This document shows, piece by piece, positions 1 through 10,062 of a DNA stretch of 64,000 nucleotides. The position numbers and the translations under genes are program-made. How positions within the stretch are numbered: position 1 is the first letter of the stretch; the number at the start of each line of letters is the position of its first letter. Source of the DNA: Candidatus Omnitrophota bacterium (lineage in GTDB: Bacteria; Omnitrophota; Omnitrophia; Omnitrophales; Aquincolibacteriaceae); assembly GCA_030698625.1 (NCBI GenBank), contig JAUYMS010000040.1, positions 21,499 through 85,498 on the forward strand. Reading direction: 5' to 3'. The notes below the pieces were generated by a model. The model worked only from the letters and a program-made list of their open reading frames with translations. It was not told where the DNA came from and made no database searches.

Positions 1-3000
1 CTGAAGGCGCTTCAATTCAAACCTGCAGGAGAGACGGGTAAGGACGCTAACGTTTTGCGCTTCGACGAAGCTGTCTACGATCCGGCCGCCAGAGCAAATT
101 GGCAGAATCTGCTCGTCAATCTCCGGGCCACCCTGAAGGCGGTTAATGAAAATTTTGACGAACAGCTCTCCCGGACGGCGGGTGCGGAGGACGAACATTA
201 CCACCCTCTGCGGCTTACCGATGCACGGCCGGTGCGCGTCCTTCAGAATTTTCTCTCTCAGTACAGCGACAGGATCAATCAGGTCGAGACCGCAAGGCTT
301 TTCATCTTCCTCTTCTCCCGCTATCCCAATGTTTCCGTAGGACGAGTCCGGGAGCTCCTCTTTCCCGGAGGTGAACGAGACCCGATCGAAACCGGGGAGG
401 TCGAACCTCCGAGTGTGGATCCGGCGCCGAGGATCCCAGGCGATGATACGGGCGCTCCGGCTGAGGACACAGGAGATGCTGATGCAGAGCGGAGCGCCCT
501 TGTGCGCGCCAAGATTCCGCCCGAGGCCGTTGAGATCACGGCAGCACTCAATATCGACCAGCGCGATGCCGACGCGAAAGAGCAGATGGAGCAGGTTGTC
601 AGGGAACTCGGCGCGAAGCATAGGGTAAGCGATGAGTACAGCATGCGCGTCCTTAAAGTTAAGGTGCAGGAATTTAACAATCTCGTCACGCACTACATTC
701 CCGAAAATGACGGGCCTCGCCAGGTCTATCTCGAGAGCCACGATGAGGGCAACCTCGAGATCGCTTTTCACAGGGATCCGCTCGAAGGCCCGAACGCGTT
801 GGTCCCGCTCGGGTTTCACATGCATCGCCGGGGCGCGGGTGGAATCGGCACTGAGTCGTGGACCTTTCCGCTGGGCGACCCCACAAATCTGGTGGGGGTC
901 CACATTGTGCCTGAGCCGGACTATAACGGTCACCGGAACATCTACCTGCATTTCCGTGAATTGACTCCGCCCATGATGGAAGTGATCCGGGAATTTGCCA
1001 GGGCACTCGCCTATCTTGAAAAGCGCCGCAGCATTCACACCAAGGACGGGGTTATCCAAATCGAAACTCTCTATACAACCTGGCATATTCTGGCAGACAA
1101 GACACCGGTTTGGAACCCTGAATCACGGCGTCCCGATTTCACGGTTACAGAAGGCTTCAGTCAGGCTCTGACCAAGGCATTGAAGAAACAAAAGGACACA
1201 TGGAAGCGAACGGAAAATAAGAATTCGTATGCTAAATATGTCCCTGAGGACCGTGGCCTGGAAGAAGGTAAAGGGCACTTCGAAGTGATGAAGGATTCCT
1301 GGCATGATGCGCAACTATTCCTTCCCGGATTGTTTTTTGACTTCACCAAGACTGAGAGCGCGACTCGGTTTGGAGCGACACCTGATAGCGGAATCCTTAA
1401 ATGGGAAGTTCGAAAAGAGGATATCCGCGGGGTCAGTCTCAAAAGGACCGATGCGGGCAAAGAGCGGCTGGAACTCTACTTTGATGCCGATGAATTTGAG
1501 ACGTACCGCATTGCGGCCCTGGCCGGCAAGGATTATGACGGCCGGTCGTACGACCGCACGAAGACCGCAGAACATACCGAGATCGACGAGAATGGCGTCA
1601 TCACGGTAACAAGCGATGACGGCGACGAGATCGTGTTTATATTTAATCAAAGTCACACACCAAGATCGGATCGGCGGCTCGCGCCTGTCAGGCGAGGCGG
1701 CCCGCTGCTGACGACACCGGACGAGCTACGGCGTGTGCTCGCACCCTTTGAGGGTTTCAGGGCCGCTGCTGATCTTTTGGAGATCGAGCCCAGTTTCGAA
1801 TACGGCCAGCTGAAGATGAAGCATCGGCTCGGTATTCCGCCACAGGTTGGCGCCACGATCGTGGCTGAAAACGGGAACGTGGTCGGCGGCGAGCTCATGC
1901 TGATTCAAGACGCCCGCGCCGGTGAAATCGTGGGGCCGGCCATTCACACTCAGGGCTTCAAAGGAATCCGCGTTCGCGTTGATGCGGATCCGGAAACGGG
2001 CATCCAGCACAAAGTCATCGAATTCCATTTCTCGGGCTATGTTCTTCCGAGCACCGAAGACCTCGTAAAAATACGCACTCATGCGGCCTTCAAACAGGCC
2101 CTGCTGCTTAAAGGCCAATTCCGCGAGGACGTGCATTATGAAATTCTGGCCGGCAACGATGTCGAATTCCTAAATACGCTTCGAGGCAATGCAGAACCGC
2201 GCGGAAACGAGTCCGTCTCGCCCGCATCTCAAGCGCTTGTCGGTGACCGGCTCGCTTCGGAAGCCGAACCGGCGGGAGAACCAAGAGAAGAATCGCCGCC
2301 TTCTGCGCTGGAACAAAGGGAGCTGCGCGCCGTTTTTGTGGCGGGACGATTTGACGAGTTCCTTGAGCGCGAGAATTCGCCCAAGTTATTGACCGGCCAG
2401 CAGGTGCTTAAAGCACTGCACAAGTTTGTTCGCTCGACCGAATACGAAATCGAACTTGAAGAAGCCGAGGCGATTCTTAAGCATCTCAATGATTCCTATG
2501 CTGCATATCAACTCGAGACAAAGATACTATCTGCCGAAGCGCAGATAGAAAGCGAATGGGCCCCTACTTTCACTGAGGCCCTCGGAGGCAACGCCCTATT
2601 TACTCGATTGAGGACACTGGACTTTTCTGCAACCCTCGATGGGTTGAAAAAATTCTTATCGGCATTCCGGGGTGCGGGCGAGGGCATTATCCAGGTTGAG
2701 GACATTGCCAACTTTGAGGTCTTTACGGGCAAGGTCCTATCGGTCGAGGTCATTAATGAGATCGCGGCCTACGTTAACACGGAAGGCGGATTTACCCTCG
2801 ACGCACAGTTCGCGGATGATGAATTAGATGATTTTGCCCGTGAGTTGAAAGAAACCCTTCAAGATGGCCGGCCTATAAGGCAAAAACTCTTAGTGTATCT
2901 CGATAGTCAGGATGAGTACGGGGAGAACGTAACGGGAACCTGGCCGGGCCCGAATGACCAAGGCACCTTCCGCGCTTATACCGTAACGCAGTTAATCGCG

Positions 3001-4629
3001 GCCCTCATCGAATTCGACCAAGCCAATGACCAATCACTTGACGATATTACTATCGAGGCGCTAGTGCGTGAGTTAAATGCACGAGGCGGGCAACATCGAT
3101 TGCTGCAAACGGCACGCACCCCCGGAGAACTCACCGAATGGGTCGAAGATATTACCACAGCGGTGATTGCGGCGGGCCGCGACAATGGCTTCAGCCCCTT
3201 TGATGATGCCTACGGCTTAGGCGAAGAAGATTTTAGAGTCTTTTGGGAGCAAATCTTTACGGGGTTACAGCGACTAAACTTGCGCACATTAATCGCGGAA
3301 ATCGTCCGCTTTGAAGCCTATACCGGCAATGAACTCCCGGATGAAGCGATCGAAGCTATTATCGCGGGCGCCAATGACCGGAACGGGCGGCTTTTCGTAC
3401 TTGAGCAAATTCTTGATGAACGGGGACTCGGACGCGCGGCGCAGAACGCCAAGCGCGATGTGAAACGGGCCCGGCTTAAGCGTCCGAACACAGACATGCG
3501 TTCCGAACTGAGGAGTGCCGTATTCGATAAGGATGAGCTCGACAGCATGTTCTTTGAAATGCAATACGGCACGGATCAGGGTTTCCTTAGTACGTACAAG
3601 CTGACAGATGCGGATGGCCTGATATTGAGACTGCTGGCTTTGCACGGAGACAAGCTCGACTGGTTTAGCGGAACTATCGAGGTTGTTCGCGGGCCTGTCA
3701 AAAAGGCGGGAGACAACATGTTCCTGCATCTTGATCTTGAGGAGATATTGCGGGAATTCACATTTCAGATAAACGGGAAGAACTCTCACTTCCTTCTGCG
3801 TCAGAGGGGTGAGAAATTTGACGTTGTTTTGAGAGAATCGCTGGTGAACTCTTTCTTGAATGGTTACGCGGCGGGTGACGTGACCGTCGTCGAGGCCTTG
3901 GCCGGCGCTCTTAATGTGGAGGGAACCGAAGCTGCCATTGCGAAGCGTCGATCAGCCCTCATTGAAAGTGCGCAATACGCCAACACCTTGTTCCGGGATC
4001 TTGTGCCGCATATGCGCGCGCGCACTCCCGAGAACCTTGGTGCCGAGCGCTACATGATCGTCTCACAAGACGTTGTGGCTAAGAATATGGGGTTTGCCCG
4101 TACGGCGCGCTTCCTGGCGGGTATGGGCTATCGCCTCTTTGTGCGGCTGAATGAGATGCCTCAGAATGAGCAGGCGATTGAGAACTTCCTTTCTATATAT
4201 CATCTCGAGGGGCTGGCGCGGGAAGACTTCATAACGCCTGTCTACGGTAACGCGGTACAAGTAACAGCGCAGATGCACCGCGCCGGTGTGCGATATCAAT
4301 TGACAGCAGAGAACCTGATCACACTAGGGTTCGATAGCGACGGACTCGCGAATGAATTTGCAGAATACAGCCACCTGGTCTTGGGCGATGAGATATTGGG
4401 CAAACGCCGCGATGCTCGTGCCGATGCACCCACGGCTTTAATCGCGGCATTAATTCTAGAGGCGCCCGTAAAAATCAGAGAACTCGGAGAGGAAATTGTT
4501 ACGGTTACGGATGCAACCCGCCGTTGGGACTTGCACCAATCCCCGGTGGCCTTCGACATGTCGGAGTTTCTGGCCGATGAGGTCGAAAACTATCATCGTT
4601 TGGCAAAGGCTCTCAGCGCTTCGGCGTAA
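1..4629 (+). CDS. Giant acidic hypothetical protein, 5'-partial (more than 1524 aa; the reading frame is open back to window position 1)
   Basis: 4.6-kb uninterrupted ORF. The track start at 55 is a TTG, and the same frame has no stop back to nt 1, so the N-terminus lies upstream of the window. D/E-rich. I see no Walker A, radical-SAM, GT or other motif. Confidence 0.55.
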   Translation: MKALQFKPAGETGKDANVLRFDEAVYDPAARANWQNLLVNLRATLKAVNENFDEQLSRTAGAEDEHYHPLRLTDARPVRVLQNFLSQYSDRINQVETARLFIFLFSRYPNVSVGRVRELLFPGGERDPIETGEVEPPSVDPAPRIPGDDTGAPAEDTGDADAERSALVRAKIPPEAVEITAALNIDQRDADAKEQMEQVVRELGAKHRVSDEYSMRVLKVKVQEFNNLVTHYIPENDGPRQVYLESHDEGNLEIAFHRDPLEGPNALVPLGFHMHRRGAGGIGTESWTFPLGDPTNLVGVHIVPEPDYNGHRNIYLHFRELTPPMMEVIREFARALAYLEKRRSIHTKDGVIQIETLYTTWHILADKTPVWNPESRRPDFTVTEGFSQALTKALKKQKDTWKRTENKNSYAKYVPEDRGLEEGKGHFEVMKDSWHDAQLFLPGLFFDFTKTESATRFGATPDSGILKWEVRKEDIRGVSLKRTDAGKERLELYFDADEFETYRIAALAGKDYDGRSYDRTKTAEHTEIDENGVITVTSDDGDEIVFIFNQSHTPRSDRRLAPVRRGGPLLTTPDELRRVLAPFEGFRAAADLLEIEPSFEYGQLKMKHRLGIPPQVGATIVAENGNVVGGELMLIQDARAGEIVGPAIHTQGFKGIRVRVDADPETGIQHKVIEFHFSGYVLPSTEDLVKIRTHAAFKQALLLKGQFREDVHYEILAGNDVEFLNTLRGNAEPRGNESVSPASQALVGDRLASEAEPAGEPREESPPSALEQRELRAVFVAGRFDEFLERENSPKLLTGQQVLKALHKFVRSTEYEIELEEAEAILKHLNDSYAAYQLETKILSAEAQIESEWAPTFTEALGGNALFTRLRTLDFSATLDGLKKFLSAFRGAGEGIIQVEDIANFEVFTGKVLSVEVINEIAAYVNTEGGFTLDAQFADDELDDFARELKETLQDGRPIRQKLLVYLDSQDEYGENVTGTWPGPNDQGTFRAYTVTQLIAALIEFDQANDQSLDDITIEALVRELNARGGQHRLLQTARTPGELTEWVEDITTAVIAAGRDNGFSPFDDAYGLGEEDFRVFWEQIFTGLQRLNLRTLIAEIVRFEAYTGNELPDEAIEAIIAGANDRNGRLFVLEQILDERGLGRAAQNAKRDVKRARLKRPNTDMRSELRSAVFDKDELDSMFFEMQYGTDQGFLSTYKLTDADGLILRLLALHGDKLDWFSGTIEVVRGPVKKAGDNMFLHLDLEEILREFTFQINGKNSHFLLRQRGEKFDVVLRESLVNSFLNGYAAGDVTVVEALAGALNVEGTEAAIAKRRSALIESAQYANTLFRDLVPHMRARTPENLGAERYMIVSQDVVAKNMGFARTARFLAGMGYRLFVRLNEMPQNEQAIENFLSIYHLEGLAREDFITPVYGNAVQVTAQMHRAGVRYQLTAENLITLGFDSDGLANEFAEYSHLVLGDEILGKRRDARADAPTALIAALILEAPVKIRELGEEIVTVTDATRRWDLHQSPVAFDMSEFLADEVENYHRLAKALSASA

Positions 4630-5479
4630 GCCTCTTGAGCAATTTCATTATTTTCCTGGGCATTTGTGTTTGAGCGGCCTTCCACTTCTTTTCCTCCGGT
4701 GTTGTCTCAACCCAAGCGACATGCCGCTGCATACCTTTATAATGCGGATTGGGGGTCCTGTTTAAGGCATAATAATAAACGGCCAATGAGTTCCTTCTCC
4801 GGCCTTCGGGACAGGTCAATGGCTGCGGGTGCCCATGGTAGGAATACGTTCCCGTATCAAAAATAACGCAGCGATTATAAATCGGCAGAATCCGTTTTTC
4901 GCACTGAGTCGCATCCCGGTTCCATAATTCAAGATGGCCGCCGTACTCTTCACGCCAATCTTTGTTCAAAAATAGAATCAAGTTATAACGCTGATGAATC
5001 ATATCGCCGCTTTTAATGGGATGCCGGTTCGTGTCGGTATGAATCATGAGCTTGCCGCCGCGGCCCGTCGAGTGAAGGCCGCAGCCATTAAAAGAGGGGT
5101 CGACCAGTAAGTCAGTAGCCCTTGTCAAAGACTTGAGGAAGCGAAGGAATGTGCTGGAAATGAGCTGGCCCATAAAATGACGCGTGAAAGGGCCGAATTT
5201 TGCATCATTCGCTACGCCCACCTTCTCAATATTCTTGTCGCCCGTATTTTCGGTCTCGCCGGGCCCCCAGAGTTTCCATTTGATTTGATTGATCGCTGGG
5301 AACTCATCGACGGCAATATCCAGTATTTCAGGAGGCATAAAGTTGTCGATAACGACATGCGGGAAGGGCTTGGCGGATGCGAATTCGTCTCGATACTTGT
5401 CCGCAACTTGCAGCAATTCTTGTGCGTCGAAATAAAAAGCCGGTATCTTTTCCGTAGGAATTGACGTGATTTCAGGCAT
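4613..5479 (-). CDS. 2OG-Fe(II) oxygenase (prolyl-4-hydroxylase-like)
   Basis: HxD...H iron triad: LMIHTDTNRH followed by the distal YSYHGHPQP. Length and layout fit the P4H/PF13640-type fold. It is convergent with ORF1 and overlaps it by 17 nt. Confidence 0.55.
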   Translation of the reverse strand: MPEITSIPTEKIPAFYFDAQELLQVADKYRDEFASAKPFPHVVIDNFMPPEILDIAVDEFPAINQIKWKLWGPGETENTGDKNIEKVGVANDAKFGPFTRHFMGQLISSTFLRFLKSLTRATDLLVDPSFNGCGLHSTGRGGKLMIHTDTNRHPIKSGDMIHQRYNLILFLNKDWREEYGGHLELWNRDATQCEKRILPIYNRCVIFDTGTYSYHGHPQPLTCPEGRRRNSLAVYYYALNRTPNPHYKGMQRHVAWVETTPEEKKWKAAQTQMPRKIMKLLKRLTPKR

Positions 5480-5499
5480 AATTCAGCTATATTACATCT

Positions 5500-6354
5500 A
5501 TGAAGATAAAGCGCAAAGCTCAAAAAATACTCAGAAACTCAGTCAAACAACTGTATAGCACCGCTTCTATTAGGCGGTCTCTCATTCGTTTTGCTGTTGC
5601 CAGGCTAAGCGGGGACTATAGAGCGCGTCTCTATGCGGAGGCATTAGAGCGCCCTCATTACGGGTATTGCGTCTACAATGCGGCACTTCTGGCTAAAAAG
5701 CTCGGGCATAAGCGGATAAGCATTTTAGAATTTGGGGTTGCCGGAGGGGAGGGGTTGCGGAGTCTGGAATATCACGCGACTCAAGTCAGCCGTCTCTTAT
5801 CCATAGAAATCGAGCTCTATGGTTTTGACACAGGCACCGGCTTACCGGACCCTGTGGATTACAGGGATCTTCCATACCACTGGCAGGAGGGGTTCTTTCG
5901 CATGGATGTGGAGAAATTAAAGGGGTCGTTGAAGCGCGCGAAACTAGTCGTCGGCGACATTGCGGATACAGTTAAAACTTTTACCGCGACTTATAACCCT
6001 GCGCCGATTGCCGCAATTATGTTCGATCTCGACTTTTATTCCTCAACGACCGCCTCTTTTGAGATATTCAACATCCCGCGATCTTACTATCTTCCCCGCG
6101 TGTTTTGCTATTTCGACGATGTTCTCGGCGGAAACGTGGAGCTTTACAACAGCTATACGGGAGTCCTTCTGGCGATCAAGGAATTCAACGAGGGCCGGGA
6201 TGAGAAAAAGATAGATCGGGCGCATTACTTGCTGGCTAAGCCGCTGCAGAGTAAATGGTATCGGCAGATCTATGTTTTTCATGATTTTGCGCACGAGTCC
6301 TATAATTCGTTCATTGGAAAGCGAAACCCGCAGCTTTCTCTAAAGCCCGTCTAA
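5500..6354 (+). CDS. TylF/MycF-family (macrocin-O-MT-like) SAM methyltransferase
   Basis: LEFGVAGGEG...YGFDTGTGLPD...FDLDFYSST...FDDV aligns with the tandem TylF-like ORFs at 22169 and 22912 (LEFGV..YGFDTFTGLPE..HIDCDLYSST..FDEY). Confidence 0.55.
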   Translation: MKIKRKAQKILRNSVKQLYSTASIRRSLIRFAVARLSGDYRARLYAEALERPHYGYCVYNAALLAKKLGHKRISILEFGVAGGEGLRSLEYHATQVSRLLSIEIELYGFDTGTGLPDPVDYRDLPYHWQEGFFRMDVEKLKGSLKRAKLVVGDIADTVKTFTATYNPAPIAAIMFDLDFYSSTTASFEIFNIPRSYYLPRVFCYFDDVLGGNVELYNSYTGVLLAIKEFNEGRDEKKIDRAHYLLAKPLQSKWYRQIYVFHDFAHESYNSFIGKRNPQLSLKPV

Positions 6355-6371
6355 TCAGCATACTAGGAGAG

Positions 6372-6391
6372 TTATCACCAGCTAGTGATAA
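6372..6391. promoter_or_regulatory. Perfect 7-bp inverted repeat TTATCAC-N6-GTGATAA upstream of gmd (candidate operator)
   Basis: ttatcac cagcta gtgataa, read directly. It lies in the 180-bp spacer upstream of the gmd start. There is no U-tract, so it does not look like a terminator. Confidence 0.25.
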
Positions 6392-6492
6392 GGCGCAATT
6401 CCTTTCATATATTCTCAGTTTTAACTGTGAATCTAACTCTCCAAAGGGGTTGTCCTCAAAGCATTTATAGCTTAAAATGGGCGCTTGCTGCA

Positions 6493-6519
6493 CATGTAGT
6501 CAAGTCGAGACTTGACCCC
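6493..6519 (+). repeat. REP-like hairpin element, copy 1 (catgtaGTCAAGTcgagACTTGACccc)
   Basis: 7-bp stem GTCAAGT/ACTTGAC with a 4-nt loop. The same 27-mer recurs at 15747, 22142 and inverted at 21080. Confidence 0.6.
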
Positions 6520-6532
6520 TTCGAAAGGATGT

Positions 6533-7633
6533 ATGAAGAAAGCGCTGATCACGGGTGTTACGGGGCAGGACGGGAGCTATCTGGCGGAATTTCTGCTCAG
6601 TATGGGCTATGAGGTTCATGGCTTAAACCGGCGGTCGAGTTCTATTAATACGCAGCGCATTGCGCATCTGATAGATGAAGAGGACACCACCAATGAGCGG
6701 TTCTTTCTTCACCACGGTGACCTCGGCGATTCAGGAAAGCTCCTCGATCTTGTCCATAATGTAAAGCCCGATGAGATTTATCATCTCGGGGCACAGAGCC
6801 ACGTCAAAGTCAGCTTTGAAATTCCGGAGTACACCCTCGATGCCAATATCCTGGGCACGGTGAGGTTGCTCGAAGCGGTACGGCGCAGCGGCCTCCAGAC
6901 AAAGATTTATCAGGCATCGTCCAGTGAAATGTTTGGAAGCACCCCGCCGCCGCAGAATGAACAAAGCCCTTTTCATCCCCGTAGTCCCTACGCCGTCTCC
7001 AAAGTTGCGGCGTACTGGATCATGGTGAACTATCGCGAAAGTTACGGCATGTTTGCCTCCAACGGAATTCTTTTTAACCATGAGTCTCCGCGCAGGGGAG
7101 AAACCTTCATCACCCGAAAGATTACCCGCGCCGTAGCCCGCATCAAAAAAGGGCTTCAAAAGAAACTCTATCTGGGAAACCTGGAAGCACGCCGCGACTG
7201 GGGCTTTGCTCCCGAGTATGTCGAAGGCATGTGGCGTATCCTGCAGTTGGACAAGCCCGATGACTTTGTCATAGGCTCCGGTGAGACGCACAGCGTGCGC
7301 GAATTCGCGGAGGCTGCCTTTTCTTACGCGGACATGGATTGGCAGGAGTACGTCGAGGTGGATCCGCGGTATTTTCGCCCGGCCGAGGTGAACAACCTCG
7401 CCACCGAAATGGCAAAGGCGCGGGACATGCTGCATTGGCAGCCGCGCATCAAGTTTCAGGATCTCGTTAAAATTATGGTCGACTACGACCTTGAGTCTCT
7501 TGGACTTACTGCCAAGGGCGAGGGCAAAAAAGTCCTCCGGAAAAAGATGCTCTGGCTTTCTGAAAAACAAAAGTTTGAAATCTTCCAAAAGGATCTCGAA
7601 GAGGCGCTCTCGACACACAAGAGAAAGTCTTAA
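6533..7633 (+). CDS. gmd: GDP-mannose 4,6-dehydratase
   Basis: [22 protein letters not shown], a YAVSK catalytic Y/K, ~366 aa. RBS aaagga sits 7 nt upstream of the ATG at 6533. The track start at 6512 is probably too far upstream. Confidence 0.9.
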   Translation: MKKALITGVTGQDGSYLAEFLLSMGYEVHGLNRRSSSINTQRIAHLIDEEDTTNERFFLHHGDLGDSGKLLDLVHNVKPDEIYHLGAQSHVKVSFEIPEYTLDANILGTVRLLEAVRRSGLQTKIYQASSSEMFGSTPPPQNEQSPFHPRSPYAVSKVAAYWIMVNYRESYGMFASNGILFNHESPRRGETFITRKITRAVARIKKGLQKKLYLGNLEARRDWGFAPEYVEGMWRILQLDKPDDFVIGSGETHSVREFAEAAFSYADMDWQEYVEVDPRYFRPAEVNNLATEMAKARDMLHWQPRIKFQDLVKIMVDYDLESLGLTAKGEGKKVLRKKMLWLSEKQKFEIFQKDLEEALSTHKRKS

Positions 7634-7636
7634 ATT

Positions 7637-9622
7637 GTGAAGAAACTCACCATCCAAATGCTGCAACCCAACAGCGCGTACGGCAAGCAGCAGTACCTAC
7701 CTTACAGTGTTGGCATGTTGATATCCTACGTGCAGCAATATCCCGATCTCTACAAAAAGCTCGAATTCCGGCCTCTGCTTTACAAACGTGACAAGGTCGA
7801 ATCGATTGTCGGCCAGATCGGCGAGGTGGATGTGTTGTGTCTGTCGAGCTATATTTGGAATTTTCGTTTAAATATGGCAATCGCTTGTGAAGTGCGCAAG
7901 CGTCAGCCCGGTTGTCTTATTGTTGTGGGCGGACCTCATGTGCCTGACCAAATCGAAGGCTTCTTTGAGCAAAATCCCTTCCTTGATGCGGCCTGTCACC
8001 GCGAGGGGGAAAAGACGTTTTGTCATGTGCTAAAAGCCATTACCAAAGACCAACCCCTCAATAACATTGACGGCCTCTCTTATTACGACCGCGCAACCGG
8101 AGAAATTTTCAAGAACCCCATGCGGACGCGAATCGAACATCTTGACGAAATCCCGTCGCCCTATTTGACCGGAGTTTTTGACCACCTTTTCCGGCCTGAC
8201 AATGATGTCGAGTGGCAGGTGATGTGGGAAACAAACCGCGGATGCCCGTTTACGTGCACCTTTTGTGATTGGGGTTCTGCCATTGCAAGCAAGGTGCGGA
8301 AATTCGGCATGGACCGGCTGCTGGGCGAGATTCAGTGGTTTGCGGATCATCGTGTCAGCTGGGTATTCGGCTGTGACGCCAACTTTGGGATTCTCCCGAG
8401 AGATAAAGAACTTGCGGCGGCGCTAGCTGAAGCCAAAGAGAGAACCGGCTACCCCCACCAGTTCCGAGTGTGCTTCACGAAGAACAGTAACAATCGTGTT
8501 TTTGGCGTCGCCAAGATCCTGCATGACGCTCACATGTCAAAAGGGGTGTCGCTCAGTATGCAGTCTCTCGACAGCGAAACCCTGGCAAACGTGCGGCGCG
8601 ACAACATCAAGCTTGAGGTCTTCCATGAATTGCAGGCCCGTTATCTCGAAGAGGGCGTCGCTACATTCTCCGAGCTCATCATCGGGCTACCCGGCGAAAC
8701 TTATGAGAGCTTCAGAAACGGTCTGGATGTTTTACTCGACCAGGGGCAGCATAGCGGCATCAATATCTATAACTGTTCGGTCATGCCGAACGCCGAAATG
8801 GGAGATCCTGAATATCAGAAAAAATACAAATTACGAATGGTGGATCAGCCGATTTTTCAGGCGCATGCCGCCCGGCTCGCAGATGACGTCATGGTCGAAT
8901 ACGAACCGATTGTGATAGAGACTCACAGCATGACCGTCGCCGACTGGAGGCGCATCTATCACTTTGCTTGGGCGGTGCAGTGCTTTCACTTACTCGGAAG
9001 CCTTCAGGCCGTCAGTGTACTTTTAAGGAATAGGTACGGCGTGCGGTACAGCACTTTTTACGAAGCTGTTATTGAATTCGGGCAGAGAAATCCCGGCAGT
9101 GTTTTGAACAGCGAGATGGGGATACTCGACGGAGTGCTCGATAATATTCTTTCAGGCACGGGCTCAGATCAGTACCTGACGGAGTTTCTCGACATCACCT
9201 GGCCGCCGGAAGAAGCGTCCCATTTGCGTTTTGCAAAGGATATCGACGGCTTTTATCGCGAGTGCCGCCACTTTCTCGATGAGTTTCTCCTTGCGCAAAA
9301 AGTCGACATGCCTGAGGCTTTAAAAGATGATCTTATGCGCTACCAGCAAGCGACCTTAGTGCATTACGATCGCCGGAACGACGTTACTTTAAATCTTAGA
9401 TATAATCTTGATGAGTATATCAAGGGTTGCCGCAAGGGAAATTCTGTAGCCTTCGAAAAAGGAGATTTTAAATACAAAGTAACGGCCACGCATAAACTGG
9501 AGGGTGATGCCGAAAAGTTCGCCCGTGAGGTGGTTTGGTACGGAAGAAAAGGCGGGAAATTCATTTACCCCGTGGAGCGAGTTCATGCGGATGATTTTGC
9601 ATCCATTGGGAGAGGCGTGTAG
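7637..9622 (+). CDS. Cobalamin-binding radical SAM protein (class B, 661 aa)
   Basis: N-terminal B12-binding-like region (VLCLSSY...VVGGPHV), then the CxxxCxxC cluster [16 protein letters not shown] start. About 250 aa of C-terminal extension. Confidence 0.8.
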   Translation: MKKLTIQMLQPNSAYGKQQYLPYSVGMLISYVQQYPDLYKKLEFRPLLYKRDKVESIVGQIGEVDVLCLSSYIWNFRLNMAIACEVRKRQPGCLIVVGGPHVPDQIEGFFEQNPFLDAACHREGEKTFCHVLKAITKDQPLNNIDGLSYYDRATGEIFKNPMRTRIEHLDEIPSPYLTGVFDHLFRPDNDVEWQVMWETNRGCPFTCTFCDWGSAIASKVRKFGMDRLLGEIQWFADHRVSWVFGCDANFGILPRDKELAAALAEAKERTGYPHQFRVCFTKNSNNRVFGVAKILHDAHMSKGVSLSMQSLDSETLANVRRDNIKLEVFHELQARYLEEGVATFSELIIGLPGETYESFRNGLDVLLDQGQHSGINIYNCSVMPNAEMGDPEYQKKYKLRMVDQPIFQAHAARLADDVMVEYEPIVIETHSMTVADWRRIYHFAWAVQCFHLLGSLQAVSVLLRNRYGVRYSTFYEAVIEFGQRNPGSVLNSEMGILDGVLDNILSGTGSDQYLTEFLDITWPPEEASHLRFAKDIDGFYRECRHFLDEFLLAQKVDMPEALKDDLMRYQQATLVHYDRRNDVTLNLRYNLDEYIKGCRKGNSVAFEKGDFKYKVTATHKLEGDAEKFAREVVWYGRKGGKFIYPVERVHADDFASIGRGV

Positions 9623-9624
9623 CC

Positions 9625-10062
9625 ATGGGCGCAGACCCAAAAACCGTGTATGTCGCGATGGCCGCGGACATTCTTCACCCCGGTCACATGAATGTGATCA
9701 AAGTTGCCCGGGAATACGGTGATATCGTAATCGGCTTACTCACGGACAAGGCGATCGAGGAATACAAACGGTCGCCATGGATGAAGTACGACGAGCGCAA
9801 AGCGGTCGTAGAAAATATTAAGGGAGTCAGCCGCATTATGGCGCAGGATTCACTGGACTATGTGGCCAACCTGCGGGCGCTCAAGCCCGACTATGTCGTG
9901 CACGGGGATGACTGGAGGAACGGCGTTCAAACTGAAACTCGGCAGAGGGTCATCGATGCGCTTAAGGAATGGGGCGGGAAACTTATCGAAACGCCCTATA
10001 CGGCGGGGATTTCTTCAACCGCCCTTATGGAAAGAATGCGAGCCCGGGCGTCGGCGCTTTAA
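9625..10062 (+). CDS. TagD-like cytidylyltransferase (HxGH nucleotidyltransferase, 145 aa)
   Basis: [10 protein letters not shown] (HxGH), GDDW and GISST resemble glycerol-3-phosphate cytidylyltransferase. The Fom1 cytidylyltransferase domain is of the same family. Confidence 0.7.
   Translation: MGADPKTVYVAMAADILHPGHMNVIKVAREYGDIVIGLLTDKAIEEYKRSPWMKYDERKAVVENIKGVSRIMAQDSLDYVANLRALKPDYVVHGDDWRNGVQTETRQRVIDALKEWGGKLIETPYTAGISSTALMERMRARASAL

Noticed and set aside
5480-5499. 20-bp divergent spacer between the oxygenase and the first methyltransferase, considered as a bidirectional promoter
   Set aside because: Too short to hold two promoters. One of the two start codons is probably mis-called, and I cannot resolve it by eye.
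6731-7666. 311-aa minus-strand ORF inside gmd
   Set aside because: Antisense shadow of a well-supported, motif-rich gene. It has no motifs of its own.
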